Shown piece after piece: positions 24,250-42,941 of a stretch of 64,000 nt of DNA. Numbering within the stretch: the stretch's first letter is position 1; the number at the start of each line of letters is the position of its first letter. Under the pieces are notes generated by a model. The model saw nothing but the letters and a program-made list of their open reading frames with translations. It did no database searches and was not told the DNA's origin. Both the position numbers and the translations under genes were made by a program. Source of the stretch: Macrostomum lignano (taxonomy: Eukaryota); assembly GCA_002269645.1 (NCBI GenBank), contig NIVC01002106.1:1-64000 (forward strand), written 5' to 3'.

Positions 24250-25857
24250 TTTCCATCTGTACATGTACATATACATGTACTCAACTAAACGAGATTTACT
24301 TATAGAAAATCCCAACAGTTACCATTTTTGCATGGACTGCATGTAAATTAAAACGTACAATCTAATTTAGCATTCGCACTTTTTACGGATTTTTTTACAT
24401 ACGAGGTTCGTACATGTGATTAGGTTGATATTTTTATAAATAAATAATTTTTTCTCTAAATAAATGTATCTAAAAACATCGCTAAATGCTCATTTAGGCC
24501 CATTACCATTTATGAAATAAAATATCTATTCACATATACGTCATTTGTGTTACATGAGCAATGCAAAAGTTGTCTGGTGTAGGTTAATGAGCTTCTAAAA
24601 TGCAATAATTTTTTCTTTTTTCCAAAAAATCTACAGTATCATGTATCCTACGTGTTATGGGTATAGAATCGGTACCCTCACTCTGAGAAAAATACTATAT
24701 TTCCGACACTTTAAATTGCGTTTGATTTAAAACGCTTTAAGGCTTCGATTTGAACAATAAAAGAGAATTAGGGAGCCCACGTTTGGAGGTACATGGTCAT
24801 GTATGGATACATTACGCCAACACGTCTTTGCGTCAATGTTCCCTAGCACGATGATGGAAGGTTTGACAGGATGGCCTCACTCTGGCAATTTTGAAGAATA
24901 AACAAAAAGCTTTTACTGCTTAGTATCCACATAATATTCTGTGGTAGTTTAGATCTACAGCCGGCAAATCAACAACACAAACAAGTTCGCGTTTTCGAAC
25001 GGTCTGAAATATCATACTTTTATTTTAGTGCATGTAAAATTAACTGTATGAATTCAAATAAAAATACAGAATAATGAGGTACAATGGCAAAATGATTCAC
25101 TTTTTTGTTATTTCATTACAAAAATGAACGTTGATTGACTCGCTTCGTTAAAGAATTCAACTTGTCATTTTACTGCCGTTTTTTTATCAACACCATCCCT
25201 AAGGCGCATCCTCTAGATTTAAATTAAATAACAAAGCAATGAATTATATTTTATTCTTTTTAATGTTTCGTTCTAATTTTCAAATCTTTTTTAAATTCTA
25301 TTCTTTAATAAATTTTTCATAATTTCAATAGCAAATTAATTAAAATTGACATTGCCACATTGGCGAAAACTAAAATAGCTGCATGGACATGTCATTTTCT
25401 ATTAAATTCTTTCCAAGCGAATCCAAGGACCACTGTATAGCTATATACAGTGGTCCTTGATTCTTTCTAGTTCTCATGACAATTAATATATCATTATGCG
25501 AACAGTTTGATGTGATTAAGATTAATTGAATGAATATTTATCGGCTTCTAGCCTTTTTCAAGGCAAAGAAGAAATTATTCAATATTTTTCAGTGTTGTGT
25601 AGAAACGAAACTAATTTTTTTGCAACTTAAAAATATTATTCTTAAAGAATCTATTTAATTACATAATTTCTAGAGTTATGACTGAGAATACAACCTAGAG
25701 TATAAATAATTCCTTACCAAACATAGTAAACTCTTATCAGTAATAAGTAATATTGGATATAAATGATATAAATTAGTCAAGTAATTTAAGTCTTTAGAAA
25801 CGTCTATTAATCTCATTACTTTACCGAATATATAAAACTTTCAGATCACAATTCTAC

Positions 25858-28800
25858 ATGGCATACGCTGCAGATGCAAACATTGAAGACAATGATATCG
25901 ATGTAAGTTGTACCAACAACTTACTCGCATTTATTGTTGCTTTTCGAATTATTTTGTTCTTGTAAAAGTAAAAACAACTGCACAATTTTAGGCTATTGAC
26001 GATTCGTTTGAGCGTCTGCCAGAAGTTCAAGCGGAAAAGGCCAGGTTTGTTCTACTATCAGTAGCTGCAGTGAACATTAAGCTACACATAAAACTGTAAA
26101 CCACAGCTTGAAAGTGACTCTCGCGAATTTCAGAGCCGAAGCTGAGGCAGCAAAGGAAGCGGAAGCAGCCGAAAAGGATTGCGCAGAGAATTTAAATGCA
26201 AAAGTTGATGCCGAGACTGCCGAAGCTGCACTAATCAGGGATATTGGGGAAGCGCAGGAGTCCATGGACCTGTTCCTTAACAATCGGTTTGATGAAGCCA
26301 GGAATCTGGTGGAACCTCGGTGAGTCCCGACTTGAGGATGCTCATTGATGCAGGCTAGATTAGCAATCCATTGTAGATGCAGGCTAGATTAGCAATCCAC
26401 TGTAGATGCAGGCTAGATTAGCAATCCACCGCCCCACCGCAGTGCTGAGCAGTCCATGTACCACGCCCTGACCAACTCCGTCCTGTGCTACCTGCGCGCC
26501 ATTCTCACCATGGAGCAGCCGGACATGGCGCTGGCAGCCGAGCTGGTGAGCCGGGCGCTCCGAGTCTGCCAGCGCAGCCGGCGCCGCCGCTTTGCCGGCC
26601 TGGCCTCGCTCAGACCGGACAGCTTCAGCGATGAAGAATGCCACGCTGAGCTCTGCTACGCCGAGCTGCTGCTCGAATCCGCAGTGCTGGCATTCGTGCA
26701 GGACGAGACGATGGTGTCTTTTATTAGGGGCGGCCTGCGGGTGCGCGAGTGCCACCAGGTGAGGTCAATGCTTGCGGCTCGCTTTGCATGTGGGTTGGGG
26801 AATTCGTTGGTCGGAGGAATTTTTAGGTCGCGAGAATTCGTAGATCTGGGGAATTCGTAGATTGGAGGGGAATTCGAAGATCCAGGGGAATTCGAAGATC
26901 CAGGGGAATTCGAAGATCCAGCGGAATTCGAAGATTCAGGGGAATTCGAAGATCCAGCGGAATTCGAAGATCCAGCGGAATTCGAAGATTCAGGGGAATT
27001 CGAAGATCCAGCGGAATTCGGAGATCCAGGGGAATTCGAAGATCCAGCGGAATTCGAAGATCCAGGGGAATTCGAAGATCCAGGGGAATTCGAAGATCCA
27101 GGGGAATTCGCAGGTTGGGAGAATTCGTAGGTTTGGGGAATTCGAAGATCCAGGGGAATTCGTAGGTTTGGGGAAATCGAAGATCCAGTGGAATTCGTAG
27201 GTTGGGGGAATTCTTAGGTCAGGGGATTTCAAAGATCCAGGTGAATTCGTAGGTCAGGGGAAATACGTAGGTTGAGGAGAATTCGTAGGTTGAGGGGAAT
27301 TCGTAGGTTGAGGGGAATTCGTAGGTTGAGGGGAATTCGTAGGTTGAGGGGAATTCGTAGGTTGAGGGGAATTCGTAGGTTGAGGGGAATTCGTAGGTTG
27401 AGGAGAATTCCTAGGTTGAGGGGAATTCGTAGGTTGAGGGGAATTCGTAGGTTGTCGGGAATTCACTTATTAATAAGCAACTCACCCCACCCGGCGCCCC
27501 AGCTGTACCGGCTCTGCTTTCGCCTGCTCCGCAAGCGCGCCTGGTCCAACGCGCGCCTCCGCGCCCAGTTCGAAAGCGGCGCCAGGATGGGCATCGGCGC
27601 CTTCAGCCTCCTGGTCAGCATGCTGCCGGCGACGGTGCTCCGCCTGCTGCAGTTCATCGGCTTCTCTGGCGATCGCCAGTTCGGCCTGGAACAGCTGGAA
27701 GCGGCTGCCGCCGTGACCGACAGCCTGCGAGCACCGCTGGCCCAGCTGTTGCTGGCCAGTTACTATGCCAACCAGGCCCAGGTGATGGCCAGGCAGGACT
27801 GCCAATCAGCTGAGCGATGGCTGCGCGTCTGCAGAGAGCGGCACCCCGACAGTGCAGTGCTGCTGTACCTGCAGGTCAATGAGAGGCGCTTCATATTTCA
27901 CATTTCTCATTCCCGGGTGTCCCTTCTACTGATCCCAACTCCCACTGATCCCAACTCTCACTGATCCCAACTCCCACTGATCCCAACTCCCACTGATCCC
28001 AACTCCCACTGATCCCAACTCCCACTGATCCCAACTCCCACTGATCCCAACTCCCACTGATCCCAACTCCCACTGATCCCAACTCCCACTGATCCCAACT
28101 CCCACTGATCCCTCCCACTGATCCCTCCCACTGATCCCTGCCACTGATCCCTCCCACTGATCCCTTATATTGATCCTCTAACCTAACTGATTCTCCCTTT
28201 CTTTCCGAATTCCGATGCCCCTTCAGGGTCGCATCGGCGTCTTGCAGGGTCAGCCGGAAGTCGGCCTGCGCCATCTCGAGCTCAGTTCCGCCGCAGCCGG
28301 AGCCGATTGGTTGCAGCTGCGGTTGCTATGCGACTGGGAGATGATGTGGGTCGCTGCCTGCCGGGCGGACTGGCCGGCCGCTCTTGTCCGGGCCGAGCGA
28401 CTGGCCGGCGGCTCCAACTGGAGCAAAGCAACAATGGCCTACATCCGGGCCTGCTTCCTTTACCACGCGCGCTGCACCGGAACCGGAACCGGAACCGGAA
28501 CCGGAACCGGAGCCGGAACTGGAACCGGAAGCGAAACCGGAACCGGAAGCGGAACCGGAAGCGGAACCGAAACCGGAAGCGGAAGCGGAACCGGAAGCGG
28601 AACCGGAAGCGGAACCGGAAGCGGAAGCGGAAGCGGAACCGAAACCGGAAGTTCAATCGGAATTAGAACCGGAAATGCGGCGGAAAAAGACGACAATCTG
28701 CTAATGCAACAGCTTCAATCAATGTTCGAGCAAGTAAGGCTCACGGACAGCTGCTCAAGCAGAAGTTCGCTGCAGAATGAATTGGCGAGATAGGGCCCTC

Positions 28801-30630
28801 ACAGTATATTCAAATCTCTCTTGCTGAAGTGATGACTTGAAAACGGAGCAAGTGTGCCTTTTGTTCAAGGCACTATTCTACTTCTTCGTATGACTCTTAT
28901 GACTCTACTGAGAATTTGATATAGTTTGTGCCCAGTTAGAAGACACTGAATTTGGCTGGATTTTCTACTACCATTTGATATGCAATAATTGTCTGATTCA
29001 GGCTTCTGGTTCAGCTGAGTCTAAATTGTTGAGAAAGGTTGGCCTAGCAGACTAGATTAGCAATCCATTCTATTCCATCACTCATGTAGGCTAGATTAGC
29101 AATCCATTCTATTCCCTCACTGATGTAGGCTAGATTAGCAATCCATTCTATTCACTCACTTATTGATGTAGGCTAGATTAGCAATCCATTCTATTCCCTC
29201 ACTTATTGATGTAGGCTAGATTAGCAATCCATTCTATTCCTTCACTGATGTAGGCTAGATTAGCAATCCATTCTATTCCTTCACTGATGTAGGCTAGATT
29301 AGCAATCCATTCTATTCCTTCACTGATGTAGGCTAGATTAGCAATCCATTCTATTCCTTCACTGATGTAGGCTAGATTAGCAATCCATTCTATTCCCTCA
29401 TTTATTGGTGTAGGCTAGATTAGCAATCCATTCTATTCCCTCATTTATTGGTGTAGGCTAGATTAGCAATCCATTCTATTCCCTCATTTATTGGTGTAGG
29501 CTAGATTAGCAATCCATTCTATTCCTTCACTGGTGTAGGCTAGATTAGGAATCCATTCTATTCCCTCATTTATTGATGTAGGCTAGATTAGCAATCCATT
29601 CTATTCCCTCATTAATTGATGTAGGCTAGATTAGCAGTCCATTCTATTCCTTCATTGATGTAGGCTAGATTAACAATCCATTCTATTCCTTCACTGATGT
29701 AGGCTAGATTAGCAATCCATTCTATTCCTTCACTGATGTAGGCTAGATTAGCAATCCATTCTATTCCTTATTGATGTAGGCTAGATTAGCAATCCATTCT
29801 ATTCCTTATTGATGTAGGCTAGATTAACAATCCATTCTATTCCTTCATTGATGTAGGCTAGATTAACAATCCATTCTATTCCTTCATCACTGATGTAGGC
29901 TAGATTAACAATCCATTCTATTCCTTCATCATTGATGTAGGCTAGATTAGCAATCCATTCTATTCCTTCACTGATGTAGGCTAGATTAGCAATCCATTCT
30001 ATTTCTTCATTTATTGATGTAGGCTAGATTAGCAATCCATTCTATTTCTTCATTTATTGATGTAGGCTAGATTAGCAATCCATTCTATTTCTTCATTTAT
30101 TGATGCAGGCTAGATTAGCAATCCATTCTATTCCTTCACTGATGTAGGCTAGATTAGCAATCCATTCTGTTCCTTCACTGATGTAGGCTAGATTAGCAAT
30201 CCATTCTATTCTTTTAGTCTCTAGCTCTTTCACCCCGACGGTGCCGCAGGTGCCGAAGCTGTGCCAGCGCCTCGCCGGCCGCACGCTGCCGCTGGACAAG
30301 TTCGCGGCCAGGCGGAGCCAAAGATGGCTCGAGCAGTCCGGCCGCCTCATCCTGCCGGGCCTCGAGCTGCTGATAGTCTGGGGCGTCTGCCACCTCATTG
30401 AGCCCGACTGCCTCGCCGGCCGGTTTCTACCCGCAGTGCAGGCCGAGTCAGACCGTCTGGATGAGCAGCAGCGGGAGCGGGAGCTGCAGCAGCAAGGGCG
30501 CAAACGGGATTCTCATCCGGAAGATGACAGAGCTCTTGTGCTGCTGCTGAAGGCCATCTGCTTGCGGCGTCTGGGAAAAAGATGGGCTTTTCAGGTGCTC
30601 TATTGCTGTCTGCCTGTCTGCCTGTCTGCC

Positions 30631-30679
<49 letters not shown>

Positions 30680-30710
30680 TAGTGTCTGTCTGTCTGTCTT
30701 AGTGTCTGCC

Positions 30711-30780
<70 letters not shown>

Positions 30781-31041
30781 ACAGCACACAGCGGTCACGG
30801 AATCCCGCAGGCAGAGCAGTGCCTACTAGAAGTCACTGACACACTCTCCGGCCGAGTTCACCGGGACCGTCACGTGATCGCCTGGGCCTGGCTGGAGCTG
30901 GCCGGTCTGCAGACGGAGTCCGGACGGGCGGCCGAGGCCCGGGCGAGCCTACAGTCCTGTCTGGGTTCGCGCAAGATCAGCCTGGAGGCGCGGATCCACA
31001 TGAAGGCGCACGCCATGGCCCAGGAGCTGCGGACCTCCTGA
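25858..31041 (+). CDS. TTC39: Tetratricopeptide repeat protein 39 (TTC39/IML2 family), 684 aa
   Basis: Exons 25858-25902, 25992-26044, 26134-26319, 26443-26758, 27503-27874, 28227-28733, 30250-30594 and 30811-31041 total 2055 nt, all GT-AG and in phase. Family motifs: [82 protein letters not shown]. Confidence 0.93.
26348..26428 (-). repeat. Shortened satellite-family copies in TTC39 intron 3
   Basis: GATGCAGGCTAGATTAGCAATCCA x3, the reverse complement of the satellite core. Confidence 0.85.
26845..27465. repeat. Two related 18-bp minisatellites (TCCAGGGGAATTCGAAGA, then GAGGGGAATTCGTAGGTT) in TTC39 intron 4
   Basis: Direct periodicity with a shared GGGGAATTCG core. Confidence 0.93.
27925..28165. 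repeat. 16-bp minisatellite (CCCACTGATCCCAACT) in TTC39 intron 5
   Basis: Direct. Confidence 0.93.
29048..30213 (-). repeat. Satellite array (reverse orientation) in TTC39 intron 6
   Basis: Reverse complement of the 39/42-bp family, with 38- and 43-bp variants. Confidence 0.95.
30608..30780. repeat. (TCTG)n in TTC39 intron 7
   Basis: Direct. Confidence 0.95.
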
Positions 31042-31734
31042 TGCTGGAGGAGACGCTCGTGCAAAGGCGGGGTTCACCCATAGACAACTCGAAGAGATCA
31101 TTCTGTACCATGGAGTTCTATAAATAACTTCCAGTCCAGATGCTGAAAATCTGAAATTCTACCACTGATGAAATTTTCGGCAGGAAAAAAACAGTTCGCC
31201 AGCAACAATGGGCTATGGGCAAAATAGGATTTTTTGTTATTTTTTCTTAACTAGATTTTTAAATAACCGATCCATGAACACCTTGACTAAGCGGCCTCCA
31301 GCATAACATATACGATTTGCGTCCGTAGTTCTACTTCAGCTGCCATGGTAAACTGCTAAAAAACGATTTTAGATTTTTTATTAACTTTTTTAAAAGATTT
31401 TGATATATTTTTACCTTTATGTACACAGCTGTTTACTGACAGTAGAAATGATAGCTTTTTTTCGCCTATTTTGATACCCGAGGGTATCCTCTCTTGGATT
31501 CGTTTTGGCTATACAGCTGCATGTTAAAGGCTGAAAACAGCTGTGTTTGTACACTCGTAACCATGACAACGTTTACAGATAAAAAACTGTTTATTGAAAT
31601 CAGTCTTCGACTGACTCGAGAATTACCTCAGTAATTTATTTTAGCCGCTTTGTTAGTTTCAATTTATTTTAGCTTTTAATGTTCCAACTGATCTTATCTG
31701 TGGGACTCCCCTGAGCAAATCTCAGCTCCAAAGG

Positions 31735-32335
31735 AATCTCACCCACGAGACTCCACTGAGAAAATCTCTGCATAAACGAATCTCACCCATGAGACTCCAC
31801 TCAGAAATTCTCAACCCAGACGAATCTCACCACGAGAATCTACTATAAAAATCTCTGCCCTAGACGAATCTCACCTATGAGACTCCGCTGAGAAAATCTT
31901 AGCCCCAGACGAATCTCACCCATGAGACTCCACTCAGAAATTCTCAGGCCGGACGAATCTTACCACGAGAATCTACTATAAAAATCTCTGTCTTAGACGA
32001 ATCTCACCCATGAGACTCCACTCAGAAATTCTCAGCCCAGACGAATCTCACCACGAGAATCTACTATAAAAATCTCTGCCCTAGACGAATCTCACCAATG
32101 AGACTCCGCTGAGAAAATCTTAGCCCCAGACGAATCTCACCCATGAGACTCCACTCAGAAATTCTCAGCCCAGACGAATCTCACCACGAGAATCTACTAT
32201 AAAAATCTCTGCCCTAGACGAATCTCACCCATGAGACTCCACTCAGAAATTCTCAGCCCAGACGAATCTCACCACGAGAATCTACTATAAAAATCTCTGC
32301 CTTAGACGAATCTCACCCATGAGACTCCACTATGA
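31735..32335. repeat. 44/45-bp tandem repeat with higher-order structure
   Basis: Three monomer types, all starting GACGAATCTCACC, in the order ABC-AB-ABC-AB-AB. Confidence 0.88.
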
Positions 32336-32649
32336 GACTTCATTAATTTCACTTAGTAACTCGTTTAGTACAAGTGTTATATAAACTTGTACTTTTCCTT
32401 CGCAATATAACTTTGAACAGATATTTTGCTTATATTCAAAATTAGCTTTGAATATCATCGCCTTTGAAAATTATCACCGAACAGAAAAGCAAGGACACAT
32501 GGTGTAAATAAAAAAGATTGAAAAAAAATTAAAAAATAAAACTACCACTCTTAATATACTAATTACTTGTCTCCCATGACTACTCCTAGAGGGTTACATA
32601 ATTCCCTACACTGATTACCCTGTTGCAGGGTACATCTAGGGGCTTAATC

Positions 32650-33135
32650 TGTGAGTCACACCATTAACCCATCTGTGAATCACACCATTAACCCATCTGT
32701 GAGTCACACTCCCTACCCCAGCCGTGAGTCACACTCGCTACCACAGCCGTAAGTCACACTCCCTACCCCAGCCGTGAGTCACACTCCCTACCACAGCCGA
32801 GAGTCACACTCCCTACCACAGCCGTAAGTCACACTCGCTACCACAGCCGTAAGTCACACTCCCTACCACAGCCGAGAGTCACACTTCCTACCCCAGCCGA
32901 GAGTCACACTCGCTACCACAGCCGTAAGTCACACTCCCTACCACAGCCGTAAGTCACGCTCCCTACCACAGCCGTAAGTCACACTCCCTACCACAGCCGT
33001 GAGTCACACTCCCTACCCCAGCCGTGAGTCACACTCGCTACCCCGCCGTGAGTCACACTCGCTACCCCGCCGTGAGTCACACTCCCTACCCCAGCCGTGA
33101 GTCACACTCCCTACCCCAGCCGTGAGTCACACTCC
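32650..33135. repeat. 25-bp minisatellite (GAGTCACACTCCCTACCCCAGCCGT)
   Basis: Direct; abuts the stop codon of the unknown gene. Confidence 0.93.
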
Positions 33136-36099
33136 CTAGCCAAACGCCAACGCGTGAGTCATGAAGCCGGCGGTGCGCATCAGCCTGTAGGCCACCCGGT
33201 CAGGCCTCGCCGCCCACACCATGAAGCACCTGCCGTAGCAGAGGGCGCCGAAAAACGCGGCCGTGACGCAGGGAGTGCCGAACCGGGGCATCGCGTGCTG
33301 CTGCCACAGGAAGGCGTCGTCATTCTTCGGGCCGTCGCCTTCAGCGCTTTCGAGGACTGACAAAGCCGAGTCGGCCCTAAATTTAGTCTTGGACTTCTGA
33401 GAGCTGGCCACGACAAGGGTTTGCCCGCCAAAAAGTACTTTAGACAAGTAAAGGCCCTCGCAGAAGAACACGCTGGTGCCCGTGTTGCCGCCGTAGCTTT
33501 TCTGCTCCAAGTAGGCCAAGACAATCCAGTGCCGCCAGGGAAACGTATCGGACAGCAGTGCCTGCAATCTGTATGGGGGCAAACAGGCCTCGGTTTCTAG
33601 TGGATCCCTGGCCTAACACCTGCCAGTCTATCATAACACCTGCCAGTCTGCCATAACACCTGCCAGTCTATCATAACACCTGCCAGTCTGCCATAACATC
33701 TGCCAGTCTGCCCTAACACCTCCCAGTCTATCATAACACCTACCAGTCTGCCATAACACCTGCCAGTCTGCCATAACACCTGCCAGTCTGCCATAACACC
33801 TGCCAGTCTATCATAACACCTGCCAGTCTGCCATAACACTCGCCAGTGTGCCATAACACTCGCCAGTCTGCCATAACACCTCCCAGTCTACCATAGCACC
33901 TGCCAGTCAGCCATAACACCTGCCAGTCTGCCATAACACCTCCCAGTCTATCATAACACCTGCCAGTGTGTCATAACACTCGCCAGTCTATCATAACACC
34001 TCCCAGTCTATCATAACACCCGCCAGTCTATCATAACACCAGCAAGTCTATTATAACACCTCCCAGTCTGCCATAACACCTCACAGTCTGCCATAACACC
34101 TGCCAGTCTGCCATAACACCTGCCAGTCTATCATAACACCTGCCAGTCTGCCATAACACCTGCCAGTCTATTATAACACCTCCCAGTCTATCATAACACC
34201 TCACAGTCTGCCATAACACCTGCCAGTTTGCCATAACACCTGCCAGTCTATCATAACACCTGCCAGTCTATTATAACACCTCCCAGTCTATCATAACACC
34301 TCACAGTCTGCCATAACGTCTCCCAGTCCTCCAGATCACTTTCCAATCCCCCTCAGTCTCGCCAGGTGCAGCATCAGCGGAACGAGCAGGTCAACGTCCA
34401 CAAAGACTCAACGGCACAGGCTGCGCTCACCCCAGCGTTAACAACCGGCTGTCGATCCGCCCGCTATCCTTAACAAACTTCCTGACCATCGGCTCCAGAT
34501 TCGTCTCATACAGCTTCCTGATTTCTTCGCTCCATCGCTTCAAAATCTCCACGACGGACTCCATCCGCATTGACCAGGTGTGCAGCAGAGTCCTCACCAG
34601 CTTCTGCTTGTTTTGCAGCATCCCGCCCTGCTGCGAGATCATCACGGACACGATGGACAGCTCGCCGCTGCGCACCACCGTCCGCGCCATCGCCAGCAGG
34701 AAGGTCAGCGAGCCTCGCCAGTCCTTGCCGTCAGTGGAGTTGATCGCCAGCTCCAGCAGGCTGTTGGCCGACGCCTTGTCGGTGCCGGACATCGACCGCC
34801 AGATCGCCAGCAGCTCCTGCGACTCGGAGGAAATCATCTGCCGCAGGCGCGTGAGCTCGTGGGCCCGCTCGGCTGGTGGCAGACCGATGGAGTTGTCCAG
34901 CATCCGGCTGCCCGCCATCGCTAGCAAGCAGGAGCGCTCAAATTTTCTTCTCCAGACCAAATCCATGCGGTTGCTCATGTTGTTGACGGCGTCCAGATGC
35001 AGCTGGTCCAGCTTCGTGCGCGACTCGAGCAGCCGATATGACAAAGCCATTGAGGACGAGGAGTTGGAGCCGGGCATGGAGTTGAGATCGAACAGCTTTA
35101 GAACTGTCTTGCCGCCCATGAGCACCTTCTTCATTAGATAGGACAGCCTGTGCCGAGCGGAATAGCCAGTGGGACACCTTTTATCCCGCCGTCTGTGAGC
35201 CAGAGAGCTCCCATCCGATCCCATCTGATCCTATTTGATCCCATCTGATCCCATCTGATCCCATCTGATCCCATCTGATCCCGCCTGATCCCATCTGATC
35301 CCATCCGATCCCATCCGATCCCGTCCGATCCCATCTGATCCCATCCGATCCCATCTGATCCCATCTGATCCCATCTGATCCCATCTGATCCCATCCGATC
35401 ACATCCGATCCCATCTGATCCCATCCGATCCCATCCGATCCCATCTGATCCCATCTGATCCCATTCGATCCTATCTCAGGCATCTGATCCCATCCGATCC
35501 CATCTGATCCCATCTGATCCCATCTGATCCCATCCGATCCCATCTGATCCCATCCGATCCCATCTGATCCCATCCGATCCCATCTGATCCCATCCGATCC
35601 CATCTGATCCCATCCGATCCCATCTGATCCCATCCGATCCCATCCGATCCCATCCGATCCCATCTGATCCCATCCGATCCCATCTGATTCCATCCGATCC
35701 CATCTGATCCCATCCGATCCCATCTGATCCCATCCGATCCCATCCGATCCCATCCGATCCCATCCGATCCCATCCGATCCCATCTGATCCCATCCGATCC
35801 CATCTGATCCCATCCGATCCTATCTGATCCCATCCGATCCCATCCGATCCCATCCGATCCCATCCGATCCCATCTGATCCCATCCGATCCCATCCGATCC
35901 CATCTGATCCCATCCGATCCCGCTGTCACCTCTCGGAAGAAGTTCCATCAAATTCATCCAGGTCGAGCGCGAAGGCGAGCTCCCAGTTGGCCCGGGTGAC
36001 CTGGATGATGTCGCTGAGCAGCTGAGGATTCTGGCCAATTGCCGGTCCAATCAGTGATGACGAAGCCGCCGCGGAGAGCAGGCGCAGCCAGATTACCAT
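33136..36099 (-). CDS. Unknown protein, 454 aa, hydrophobic N-terminus (probably secreted); tentative cephalotoxin-like resemblance
   Basis: Exons 36099-35930 (AG|GTGACA), 35192-34431 (GG|GTGAGC) and 33568-33136 total 1365 nt with both phase-2 junctions matching. An alternative upstream ATG lies at 36147. The family assignment is not established. Confidence 0.75.
33612..34320. repeat. 20-bp minisatellite (CCAGTCTGCCATAACACCTG), intronic
   Basis: Direct. Confidence 0.95.
35210..35920. repeat. 10-bp minisatellite (CATCCGATCC/CATCTGATCC), intronic
   Basis: Direct. Confidence 0.97.
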
Positions 36100-36646
36100 G
36101 GCAACTAGCGGCTGTGCTAAAAGTGCAACTCTGCCGAGTTTAAGCATATTTTAGATTGCAAAACATTTTCTGCCATTCAGTCAATAAGGAAGATTAAAAG
36201 TATCTCAATTTTTATTTTGGACTTCGCAAATCCTTGCAAATAAAAATTAGTCTATGGCTCGAGGTTGCTATGCCGACAGCAAGTTAAGCAGAGTTAGTTG
36301 CGGTTAGTACATAGCTTAATACGTGAGCTGGGGAAGTGCAGTTCTCGCCTGGTGGGTTGTCGTGCGATACTCCCATTGAGGGCCAGCCCCCAAGGCACAG
36401 AGAGTGCAAATGCCTGTGGCCCTGTGTACGAGTTCATTGACACTATTGTTTTATAATAACCATAGCAACAGAAAATGAGTTGATTTAATTCCACTACAAG
36501 CGGAGACAAATCTGTTTATGCGCTGCATCTTAAAAGATATTCAGTAAACCATAAAAGCACCAAATTTTAATTTGAATTCGCGCGATAAATCCGGAATTTT
36601 TTAATGATTAAAACAAAATTTCAGCCCAGTTTAAATGAAAGCATTG

Positions 36647-42585
<5,939 letters not shown>

Positions 42586-42941
42586 CTTTTCACTGACGGT
42601 AATTTGTTAAAATGTTGCACGGGAAAACCTCAAAGAACTTGCAGTCTCTCTAGAAACCGGTCCGAACAAAGCCAGTCTTTGTCAGTTGCCGCCACCTCCG
42701 CAGCAAAAATTGCTTGATTTGCAATTTTTCTCTCAAAAAGCCGACTGAACTCAAAGAACGGCTCGGGTTGCCCGCTTTGCGTCCCACGAGAATTAAAAGG
42801 TTGAAAGCTAAAAAACACAGTAAGTCATATGGGCGCCAAGGGATTGAAGGCAAATAATCTGGTTTTCTTCTGAATCTGAAATAATCAAATCATACTTCAA
42901 AGAAAATTCGCACATTTGCTTTTGCTTGTAAAAAACAGCTG

